A stretch of DNA of 64,000 nt from Takakia lepidozioides (taxonomy: Eukaryota; Plantae; Bryophyta): positions 24,428,001 to 24,492,000 of the forward strand of contig CM060734.1 in NCBI GenBank assembly GCA_030704615.1, written 5' to 3'. Each line of letters opens with the position of its first letter. Within the stretch, counting starts at the first letter, position 1. The position numbers and the translations under genes are program-made. Of the stretch, positions 39,119 to 50,119 are shown piece after piece. The notes beneath the pieces are model-generated. The model did no database searches. It was not told the origin of the DNA and worked only from the letters and a program-made list of their open reading frames with translations.

Positions 39119-41394
39119 CAATAGGTGGGTTAGGTGTAGGATTGAAGGTGGATTTGTGGGCTTTCTTGGGGTGGTCATGCAGTAATTGGTTAAAGGAGGA
39201 GAGAAATTTTTTGTGGTTGTCAGTAGCCTTTTGTTTGGTAATAAAATAAGTAGTTTTTTTGGCTTCCCTACCAAGTTTGGAGAGAGCAGCAGTCCAACTG
39301 GGTATAGCGGATGGGTCATCAGGGGGCATAAGAGCTTCACATGTTGTAATGGTACTTAAACAGGTAATGCGGGGGTCGGACTTCCAGTTATTGCATGGAT
39401 GGGACGTGGGGGAAGTGGGTATGATAGTGAGGGCGCGTCGAATCATGTGATAGGTGTTGAGGTGAGAGGTCCATGCACATTTTTGTGTGCGGGTAAGGTA
39501 GCCTCCGTTTTGTTTTGAGCGGGTGTTTGCGGGATCTTGGGGGGGGGGGGACATGTGGCAAGGACGCTTTTGGTCATTGCTTGCATTATGGATGTGAGCG
39601 CGACCTCTGCTTCAAGCCAAGTCCTCGGGGAACTGTGTTAGGTTTGTATCAGAGAGGATGTAGGATAATTTTAATATAAGGAGTGAGGTTGCTGGGTAAA
39701 AGTGACTTTGGAAAGCGGCGATGTTGCGCTGAGGAAGTGGAGAGAGAATTCTAGATTGTGGTGGTGGGGTATGTACTGCCGGTATGCGTCGGAATGGGAT
39801 GAGAGATGGCGGGAGGGATATTGAGACAAGATAGTGGTCAGAGTTGCATATGCTGTCGATGTGTATGTGGCTTTGGAGGTAAGCCGGAATCTCATTTTGT
39901 ATCCTGAGGTAGAAACCATCAAGAAGACTTAGCGAGGAGTAGTTAAGTCCACCTTGTCTTGAGTAGTGGTGGTCAACGGGTATATATCGAAATTTATGTA
40001 GCTGAGTAAATTTTGCCCATTCATGGTCGAGTGGGGATGGGGGTTTGTGTATGCCGTTGTATGTATGGCCGAATAGAGCAATATCTCTGTTAAAGTCACC
40101 TGCTAATATGAAGTGGTTTTGTTGGTTTGTAGGCTGGGTAATGGCGTTTGAAATTGTGTGTAGGATGTCGGGGATTAGTGTGAGGTCATCAGCGTGGGAG
40201 GGCATGTATAAATGTATAAGGGTAATGGGATGGAGTGCTGGTGGATGTAGTTGGATGATTTGAAGGTGAGAACGAAGAGGGATAGGGATAGGGATCTTAG
40301 TGGTGGTGCTGGGGGAGTGGTGGGTATGTAGGATGCCTAGCGCGACTCCACCACGGGTAGGGTGGTACGGAGCGGAGCGCCGTGTGAGGTATTGTGTAGC
40401 GGAGAGAGGTTTCCGTATAGTAAGTAGTAAGCTGGGAGGAGTTTGTTGATATAGGAGCTATTGGGGTTATTTGTGTTGAGCTTGGTTTCTTGTAAAAGGA
40501 TAATATATGGAGGCGTAGAGTCTGTGAGAAGATGTATTAAACTTTGGATGCTAGTGGCCAACGAGCCAACATTCCAGGTGGTTATGGTGAGTGAGTTGGT
40601 GTGATAGGGGGGAGTGACTGGATGAAGCGGGTGCGGGAGGGTCCCTGTTGTGGGTAGGTGTGGATGGTGGGGGTGGCGCAGGCAAGGGCTGATAACCTGC
40701 GATGGTGGAGTTGGCTTGGAGAGTGGCGGTAAGGATGTTGTTGGATAGGAATGGGAATTTGCTAGTGATAGTATGAGAGTCTAGTGCGGGGTTTGCTAGG
40801 AATTCACCTAATATTTTGTGAACTTCCCCGGGTTTGGATTGTAAGAGGTGAAGCGACAAATGTAGGTAAGATAGATAGTGTGGAGGGGCTAAGTATTGGT
40901 GGGGCTGTGCGGGTAGTTTTTGTAGAAGTGCGCAGACATGTGAGTCAGTATGGGTAGCAAAGTAGTAGTTACAAATTGTTGGTAGTGGGGAGATGATGAT
41001 GATTAGGGAGAAAAGAAGGTGCTGAATTGCATATGTTCTGAGTTTACGGATAGCTTTAGCAAGAGCTGGGTATTGGCAAGGGGGAAGTCCAAAGGTGGCA
41101 ATAGGCTGCATGGGTGTGTGGTTGATGGGTTGAGAAGGAAGGGAGAGAAGTGGTCATATAGATGTTGGTACGCAGGTGTAAGCGAGATGGTATTTGTTTG
41201 AAAGTACAATGCATACCTTTCTTGGGGGTCAATGGGGAGTTCGCCAATGATATCATTAATAGTGGTAGGACCTGGGTTTGGATGAATGTCACCACAATGC
41301 ATGAGTATGAGTGTTGTACATGCAAGTTGGAATACCTTATGATCCGACGGAGGGTGATGCTGAGAATGTTTTGAGGTGGGGGGGGTGTTGATGG
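39119..41394 (-). mobile_element. LINE fragment with APE endonuclease; RT not present
   Basis: ITWNVGSL..IILLQETKL, FILAGDFNRD, LLDGFYL and NSDHYLV are APE motifs in the expected order. N-terminal GDIHPNPGP. Sharp composition switch at both ends. Confidence 0.85.
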
Positions 41395-41624
41395 CAGGGT
41401 TGCACACGTCACATCACGTCACGTCACGTCGGACTTGACGCTGACGCGACCAACGTCACGTCAGTTTTGCCGGAAAATTAGTAAAACATGAGTTAGGTGA
41501 AAAATATGCCACGTAGCTGGACATATTGTATTCCAAGCGATACCTTGGCAAGTGAATGAATTGTTTTATAAATTACTCCATCCGCCAATAGTTGAGGTCA
41601 TTTTTAAATCATTATTGTTAAATT

Positions 41625-42245
41625 GGTGCGACCTCCAAATGGTGGTGGTCGCAGAATTTATCTTATTTTTTAATAGTTGCAACCACCAGCAAAGGGGTTG
41701 TCGAAGCATTTTTTGTTTTTTAAAAATAGATGCGACCACCAGCAAGGGTGGTCGCATTTTTTTCTTTTCTTAAACAGTTGGGTGGTCGCACAATTTTTAT
41801 TTTATTTGTAATAGGTGCGACCACCATCAGGGGGGTGGTCGCAACACTTTTCTATTTTTTAATATCTGCGACCACCAGCATGGGGGTGGTCGCAGCATTT
41901 TTCTGTTTTTTTTAATAGGTGCGACCACCAGCAGCGGGGTGGTCGCAAAAAAAAAAAAATGTTTTGTTTAAAAAAAATATTCTCTGTGACCACGAGCATG
42001 GGGGTGGTCGCAGAAATTTTCTATTTTCTTAATAGGTGTGACCACCAGCAGGGGGGTGGTCGCAGAAATTTTCTGTTTTTTTAATAGGTGCGACCACCAG
42101 CAGGGGGTGGTCGCAACAATTTTTTTTAAAAATAAAATAAAATAAAATAAAAAAATAAATCTCTGTGACCACGAGCATGGGGTGGTCGCAGCATTTTTCT
42201 TTTTTTTAATAGGTGCGACCACCAGCATGAGGGTGGTCGCAGCAG
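41625..42245. repeat. Hairpin repeat array 1 (TGCGACCACC...GGTGGTCGCA separated by A/T tracts)
   Basis: About a dozen ~50 bp units, e.g. TGCGACCACCAGCAGGGGGTGGTCGCA. Confidence 0.92.
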
Positions 42246-42663
42246 TTTAAAAAAAAATATAACATGCGACTTCCTCGTGTGACCTGGAGCGGTCGAAGCA
42301 TTGGATCTGATTCGTCGAGCGTGTGAGGCTTGGAGGCTGGAGGGTATATAAGGTGGTCCCAATGCCCCTCACTTCTTTTGTGACAAACATTTTTGTGGCG
42401 AGTGAATGTTCTCTATTCCTTGAGCAAGAGTGTAAGCCCAAGAGGAGGGTGCGGACTTTTTGCTGTTGTGGCTTCCACCAGAGCCATTGCAGCAAATTGT
42501 CGAAAAGCACAATACTACATGGTGCATTGATCCACTTGGATTGATGCCGTAGTGTTGGGCCATCGCATTCTGTTCTAACTTCTATTGCTCTTGACAAATC
42601 TACCAAGTACACTAGTGTTCTTCGTTCAACCTTAAGTCTGTGGTTAGGGTTTTGGGTGTGAGG

Positions 42664-44743
42664 ATGAGGGAGGAGTGGATCCCTTGGTTCACCATAGACC
42701 CGCACAAAAAGGACGGTGTTCAATGCAATCTTTGTGCATTGAAGCTGGCGGGTCGCAAAGATCGCATGTTATATCACCTCGGCTACAGAGATGGGAAGAA
42801 TGCAGGGGTTAGTTTGTGCCCAAAAGCCTCCATGCGAGTGAAAGCCCACTTTGCCCAATGTGGAGGCAATATCCCACCGTCTCTTGATGTGGCCGCGGCT
42901 TCTGAGCCAAACACTCCAGGTTCGAATCAAACTGTCCCTCAGAGTTGTACCCAGGGGGATTCTTGCGAGGCGTCTACTGTTCGTGGAGAAGCCGGTGGGT
43001 CAGGAGCAACACCCGATTGTACGCCAACACTTGTACGGACCAGACCATTGAGGCAACAATCAATGCAAGAAGGCTTAAATTTGTCGCACAGGAGGACTCT
43101 GGATAAGAAGTGGGCCCAATTTTTCTACGAGGCCAATATTCCGTTCAATGTCTCGAGGCTTCCTGCGTTTGTGGCTGCTGTCAAAGCCACGTCCGATTCC
43201 AAGTCCACATACACACCTCCGAGTTATCGCGATCTCCGCACATGATTGCTAGAAGAGGCTATGTCTGACCTCACCCAAAAGGTGAATGAAAAGACAGGTG
43301 ATTCTCTCCGGAAATATGGAAGCACTATATGTGCGGACGGTTGGAGTTCTGTTACTAATCGACCACTGTTCAATGTCATGCTGGTCTGTCCTGCGGGGGA
43401 ACAATTTTTGGGATCCGTTGACACAAGCGGGGAGAGAAAAGATGCACGTTATCAAGCAGGGTTGTTGACGAGTTACATCGATAAAATTGGAGCTGATAAA
43501 ATTGTCCAAGTGTGCACGGACAATGCATCTAACATGGTTAATATGGCCGATATTTTGATGGTACGATATCCCCATCTATATTACCAAGGGTGTGCTGCTC
43601 ATATCTTTGATCTCCTTTTGGAGGATTGGGGAAAAGAATCATGGATGAAACAACTAGTAAAAAGGGCAAAGTCGGTTGTGACGTTCATTCGTACACATCA
43701 CATCCCTCTGGCATTGTTTAGAAAGCATGAACCCAAATACAGCCTTAGGAACCCGGGTGAAACCCGCTTTGCCACAAACTTTTTGATGGTGGATCGACTG
43801 GTGACTGTGAGGGCGGGTCTGGAGCAGGTGATCATTGACCCTCAATGGGATGCGTATGTGGGCACCTTACGCGACTCTCGTAAGTCCAAGTCTTTGAGCA
43901 AAAGTCGGAGGGTCCGCGCAATCATTCGCTCCGACGATTTCTGGGCGAAATGTGCAAATTTTGTGTACATGGTGGAGCCGGTGTTGATTGCTTTGCGGGA
44001 GTTTGATGGAAAACAACCAATAATGGGTAAAGCATGGTTGATATTGGAAAACCTTGAGAAGCACGTGCAATCCTTGAGGCGTCCTCCATTTTCTATGGAC
44101 GATGATTTGGCGGCAAGGACCGAGGATGCATTTTACGACCGCAAACGGATGGTTCGCACGGACTTGCATTATGCGGGGCCTTGCTGAATCCATTCTTGCT
44201 GGACAATACGGATTTGAGAGACGATGTGGATGCCAAAGCCGGGCTTGTACGGGTCATCATGCAACTTGCGCCCTTGAACATGGCAGAGCGAGCGTTGTCC
44301 GAGTACAGTGCTTCTCGGATCGGCAGAATCCTTTCCATGACATGCCGGATCCAAAAGCAATGAACATGTTGCACATGAATGGTGGGATCTGATTGGAGCT
44401 GGAGCAAGAACGTTAGCTCCCATTGCAAAGCGTATTCTTGCTCAAGTGTGCTCTGCCTCGTCCTGTGAGCGGAAACTGGAGCAGTTACTCGTTTGTTCAC
44501 AACAAGATTCGCAACAGGTTGAATCCTGCCAGGGCTGACAAATTGGTTTATGTCTACACGAATTGTAGGCTACTGCGAGAGAGGAGAGCAAGTGACGCAT
44601 CTGCATGGTACGAGAAGAATCTGTTGTCTGAAGAATCTGCCTCAGAGGTCCAATCTAGCAGCAATGATGACACTGACGCCGCGAGGGACTCCGACTCCGA
44701 CGGTTGGGATGGGTCCGATGATGTAGGCCAATCCTCCACATGA
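42664..44743 (+). pseudogene. hAT transposase (BED-like zinc finger, DUF659 core, hAT dimerisation domain), disrupted
   Basis: CNLC..MLYHL; FFYEANIPFN; STICADGWSS; VQVCTDNASNM; CAAHIFDLLLED; ETRFATNF; RILAQVCSASSCE/NWSSYSFVHNKIRNRL. In-frame TGA at 43243 and frameshifts after 44180. Confidence 0.93.
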
Positions 44744-45974
44744 CCCATATGATATTTAATGACGATGATGCTGTTCAATGCATCCACCACGATGACCTTG
44801 TTGTTGATGAACTGCGACATGGTTCCTCCCAATTTCTGACCCCTCCCCCATTGGAGCACACTCTCAACAATGAATTTGAGGTCAACTCTCCCCCACCACG
44901 AGTTCCACGGACCTGCGGGAGATGTGCAGGTTGATCATCGGATGATGACACCGGCCGTTGTCATTCCTTCACCGCCATCGTGCCCCTGTGAACCGTGCTT
45001 CATCTCTCAACTCACCCCGCTCCATCTCATGTTTCTCTTTCTCAAGCCGGTCCATCCCATGCTGTCCATCTAGTTCTTTCTCTTTCTCCTCCTCAGGTAA
45101 TTCCTTCCATCCTACGACTCTTACTGTACCGATCGTGGGAGATGTTTCTTCTGCTGCGGGACTTCTGCAAGTCGAACCAGGATGACGATGACGGCCATTG
45201 TCTTTCCACTCGGCCTGACGACGTCCGCATGTGAACCGTGCTCCCTCGACCCTCGCTGGTGCATTCTCATTCCCCTTCCTCTCAAGTCGGCCCCTCTTTG
45301 TACGTGCGAGTAGCCTTCCTCATATGAGACCTGCTCCAAGGCCACCACAAATCTCCGGGACAAGCCCAGAAACGACAGAGAATTGTGCACCCCTTTTGTT
45401 GGTGACCGACCTGTGAACCTGCCTGATACCCTAGATGGTATTCATGATAGGAGTGGAAATCGTCCGAGAGACAACTGAACGTACTCCGGGATGACTACAG
45501 GTCCAACGGCCATTTGCCTCTGGAAACCGAAAGAGCAGATGGAGATCAGAGATTCTAACCCTGATCATGAGAACGGGGGTGAAGTGAGTGGGGACGAAGA
45601 TTTGTACTAGGAGGCGTGAGATCATACCATCGTCGTCGTGCCAGACGGAATTAGGTTATAGCTATAACTTCGTCACATGATGTGTAGTATTTTCCATGGA
45701 TATCCATGTTTTTCAGTTTGGGTACATGTATACTTGTACAGAAATAAAATGGGGAATATGTCCCCAAGAAAGGTTTGGTGGTTGTCGTGTGTTTTGTGTT
45801 TCGTCATTATCTTTACATTGTTGATTTCCTATTATGGTTTCGAAACCCAAAGGCCAGGTGCAGCTCCCAACATTCATCTTCCTTCCCCTTGACAAATCCA
45901 GGGGGAGTCGATACATGTGCTTTTCATCATCTCATCTGCCTCTCCAAACATACATACAGGTGCAAGGGGACCAA

Positions 45975-47032
45975 CCTCCTGGTGGTCGCACCTTTAAAAA
46001 AAAAAACAATTGTGTGACCACCCAGTAGCGGTCGTCGCAACTGTTAAAATAAAAGAAAAATGTTGCGACCACCCCCCTGCTTGTAGTCGCACCTATTTAC
46101 ACTTTACACTGATTTACCTGATTTACCCCTGTTGGTGGTCGCAGATTTTGTTTTTATTTTTTTTAATTTTTTTAAAAAATTTGGGAAACACTGGGAGCGA
46201 CACTCACAAATCAGGCCCTTAGTAGTGAGAGGAGAAAATCACCTCTTTCATTTATGCGCCAAGAGCGTAGGAATGGCACAAACCACACAACGAAAACCAT
46301 ACCACACCCATCAGTAGCAAGATTTGACCCCAAAATCGTCCGGGTCGCGCACTCAGTGCACTTAACCAACTGAGCTACTGACTGTTGGTAGATATTAAAA
46401 AATCAGAAAATTATGCGACCACCCCCCTACGACCACCCCCCTGCTGGTGGTCACATCTATCTACAGGTGGTGGTTGCACCTATTTGTTTTAAAAAAAATT
46501 TCTGCGACCACCCCCTCTGCTGGTGGTCTGGTGTCGCCGCCTATTAAAAAAAAAAAAAAAATGCGACCACCTCCCTGCTGATTAAAAAAAAAAAATCTGC
46601 GACAACCCCCCTGCTGGTGGTGCAGCAACCCATTAAAGTACCTGTTCTATATGACCAGACACCCCAGCAGACACCAAGTTGGAAGCCAACGCCTGAGCTT
46701 GTGCTTTTTCCATCAAAGAAGCTGTTGGGAGGGGAAGAACTGACGGAGGTGCCACTCCAGCATTGCTAGACATGAACACCCCCATGCTCAATCCAAATGC
46801 GCCAATACTCGAACTCACAAGAATCCCGTTAAATAAAAAAATCTGCGACCACCCCCCTGCTGGTGGTCGCACCCATTAAAAAACATAAACAAATCTGCTG
46901 CGACCACCCCCCTGCTGGTGTTGCACACCTATTAAAAAAAAAAAAAATCTGCGACCACCCCCCCCCTGATGTTGGTCGCACATAATAAAGAAAAGAAAAA
47001 AAGATGCGACCACCCCCTGCTGGCGGTGGCAG
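45975..47032. repeat. Hairpin repeat array 2 (same family), interrupted by two unrelated inserts
   Basis: TGCGACCACCCCCTGCTGGTGGTCGCA units at 45975-46143, 46414-46630 and 46843-47030. Confidence 0.88.
46309..46385 (-). other. Degenerate tRNA-like sequence or tRNA-derived SINE head
   Basis: Minus strand has an A-box TAGCTCAGTTGG (46377-46366) and a degenerate B-box GGTCAAATC (46329-46321) at tRNA-like spacing. No clean cloverleaf. Confidence 0.45.
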
Positions 47033-47539
47033 CTATTACTAGCGTGTGCGCAGTCATGATAACGCGCGCCCCAAGTGTGGAGGGGGGCTTTAAAGGCCTT
47101 GGAGGCCATTCTCTCCCTCACTTTTCTCCACCCCAGGACTTGGTGGGCGATGGGATGTTGCATTCCTTGTCATTGAGTCCAAGTGGAGAGGGGTGCTATT
47201 GGTTGGGTGGGGGGTATTTTGGGCCATTGGATTCTACGAAATCGATTTTGAGTACCTCCCGGGAAGCCCTCCTCTAACACCCACGTTTTTTTCATTGCAC
47301 ATTGCGTCATATCACTTAGAACTGTCGAGGGAGTGACACGTGCCTCTAGTACTTGGGGAGGATTCATTAGGGAGTAGGATTAGGTACGATTTAGGAAGTT
47401 GGGAGAGCATTTTTCTTAGCAAACACCTGTCGAGTAGGGGTAAGCCAAAGCCATAAGTGGCGGAGGAGGAAGACAGAGGCGGTCATCCCAGGGATGACGA
47501 TAATGAACCTGGACCTCCCAAAAAAAACCAAAAGGGGCC

Positions 47540-50024
47540 AGGCGCGAACTTCGTTGGGATATATACAATGACCCCAACATTCTTGCGGAACTAGGTTGAG
47601 AAGTTTGGAAGTTAGGGCAGCGGTGGTCGCTTGGTGACTGTAGGAAATTTGTGGACTTGTGTCACATAAATTGTTTGTGGCCCAGAGATAGGCATGATCC
47701 ACAAACCAAACAAAATCAAGCTAGCTTGCATTCGTGCGCCAACCCGCATTTTCCGCCACAGGGTAGAGGAGGTACATACAACATTGTGGGGTCAACCGCT
47801 CGTCAACAACAAGGTCCCGTATTTATTTGTGGCCATGTTGTACACAAAGTTGATTTTATTGCGACCGGTGGATTGGCAAACTGCCACTGCGAGACAGCGT
47901 ACTAGACTATACATGTTCTCTGATATCCCAGACTTGTATATACGTCAGGGGCAGGACATCATACGGTTCGATGGAAACGATGAGGTGGAAGAAGGAGGAA
48001 AGGCGGATGGAAACGACGATGTGGAAGAAGGAGGAAATGCAGACCAACCTCCAGATTATACGCCGCAACAGGTCTCCACAGCCGGGCCTTCAACGTCTGA
48101 GGTGGAGGGGGGCGAGGTACACTCTCCGTTGGAGGAATAGTTGGCTGCACATGAACAGCACATCAAAGACCTGCAGAACATTGTTCATTTGCAACGGTGG
48201 CAAATAGCGAAGTTGCTGGAAAGAATGGGGTTGGGGACTCTCGACAGCGTACGCGGTGTGCTTCAGGACCCGAGGCCAATCACCAACGAGCAAGACATAT
48301 TGGCGCGTTTCAATATGCTACCAATGGACATTGACCGCGTCATCGACGGGGTTGACTCAATCGGGCATGGGAATGAAGTGCAAACGTCTGAACTGGACCC
48401 GGCGAGGGTTAAGGAAGAAAGACTTGCGGCGGAGAGGGCAAGAAAAGGGAAGGACCCCATAGTGGAAACTGGGGAATGTTCAGCCGTGCAAATTACATCG
48501 GCCCAAGAACAGGAATTAGAGCAGCTTGTGGGGGAACGCGAGCAAGCTAGGGCTGTTGCATATCGGTACTCAAATGCCATGCAAATCTGATCGTGGCCAT
48601 GGTTGAAGGGGAATTGGCAGAATTGGGTGACATGGGCAGGCCATCTAGCATCGCGGGAAACACCGATAGAAGAAGAGTTATCCTCCCTCCAACGTGCAGC
48701 ATGTTTGTTGAATCGAAGCGTAGATAGCATCTATGCTAATTTGCAAAGGCACGACACTGTGCGTGATGTATTCACGTCGAAGTACACTGGATTCACCACA
48801 TGGGGTGATGTGCATGCCATGTTTGAGCACTGTGTGCATACAATTTCCGATACCAATAACAGCATAAACTGGGATTTGGAAGTAGAGGAGGAGTGGGACA
48901 CCAGACCGAGGATGTCATCCTACATTAATGAGGATAAACGGACGTGGATACCACAGAGCAATCTAGCGTCATGGGTAACAGATGGTACGGTGTGCACAAT
49001 GTGCCTAAACCCTTATGGACCGAATGGAGGCTATATGTTTGGTTCATGTGGCCATTTGTTCCATCCCACATGTCTCATATCAGCAGCCATGCGAGTCAGC
49101 CAATGCCCTGACTGCCGTGGACCAATCCATCGACGTTTCTACGAGTTGTTTGGGTTGCAAGACAATATGCCCACGGGATACGAGTACAACCGGTACAACA
49201 TGCCATTGGATGTATCGCCTTACGATTTTTTAAATTGGCAGCACTGGGGGGAGACAATGACATGGGATGCTCCAAGAGAGATGCACGCCTCGGATGCGAA
49301 GACGTTAACTAGGGTTAAAGATCCGGTGACCTTTTGGGTGACATCCAACTGGGAAATAACCGTGCGTGCTAGAGGCATACGGGACCCAGTCCAAAGGGAC
49401 ATTTTTTGTCGGAACTTGGGAGGGCATTGGAGCTGTACCAGACAAAGATTCTTCCGACTGCCTGAGGATCCGTGGGTGCCAGCGGAAAACGACCCATACA
49501 ATCGCGAACTGATTGGGAGAGACCTATTTCTGAGGGAGTTGGAGGCCGCTAGCATCCGTTGGGAGGATATGAATTAGACGTACTGGGTGCCTCGTCGGGA
49601 TGATGGGCCATTTCTTCTAGAGTTGCGCAGAGACCCCCAGCAGGAGGAGGTGTTGGACAATTTCAAGGCTGCCATCACGAGTGTTTTAAAGTATTGGCAG
49701 AACACATGGCATGACCAAGTTGCCCCTATTCCAGGGGTGTTCTTGCCACTTCCAAACATATCGGATTTAATTGAAAAATTGCATGCCGCCGTAGCAAGGG
49801 CGACACACCCGGTTCTGGCAAATGTGGAAGAGAGTCAGCACTCGCCTAGAACGCTACGCATGATGGCAAGGGTGGACCACACAACACCGGGTCCCTCTTT
49901 GACCACTCGAGCCCAGGCTCGAGCTCTCCGTACTGGTGGAGGCACGTCCTCTACACCCGCAGCATCTTCATCAACATCTGGAGATGACGACAACGAAGTA
50001 ATAAATCTAGATGAAGAAGACTAG
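47540..50024 (+). pseudogene. Intronless ~800 aa RING-H2 finger protein with a coiled-coil segment (putative E3 ligase), disrupted
   Basis: ORFs 47694-48140, 48141-48590, 48603-49577 and 49587-50024 are all in one frame, separated by single stops. RING-H2 CTMC..CGHLFHPTC..CPDC. The start position is uncertain. Confidence 0.8.
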
Positions 50025-50119
50025 AAAAGCTAGAAACGTAGGGAGTAGGCCAAAGGTCTCAGGTTGCGAAAACTTAAATGTGCAACCCACTGTATAGTCT
50101 ACGTAATTTTGGGAAATAC

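Noticed and set aside
41625-42245. CRISPR or REP-like array (also 45975-47032 and 55470-55888)
   Set aside because: The spacers are A/T homopolymer tracts, and the position is typical of transposon subterminal repeats.
46309-46385. Functional tRNA gene
   Set aside because: The B-box and anticodon arm are degenerate, so no isotype can be assigned.
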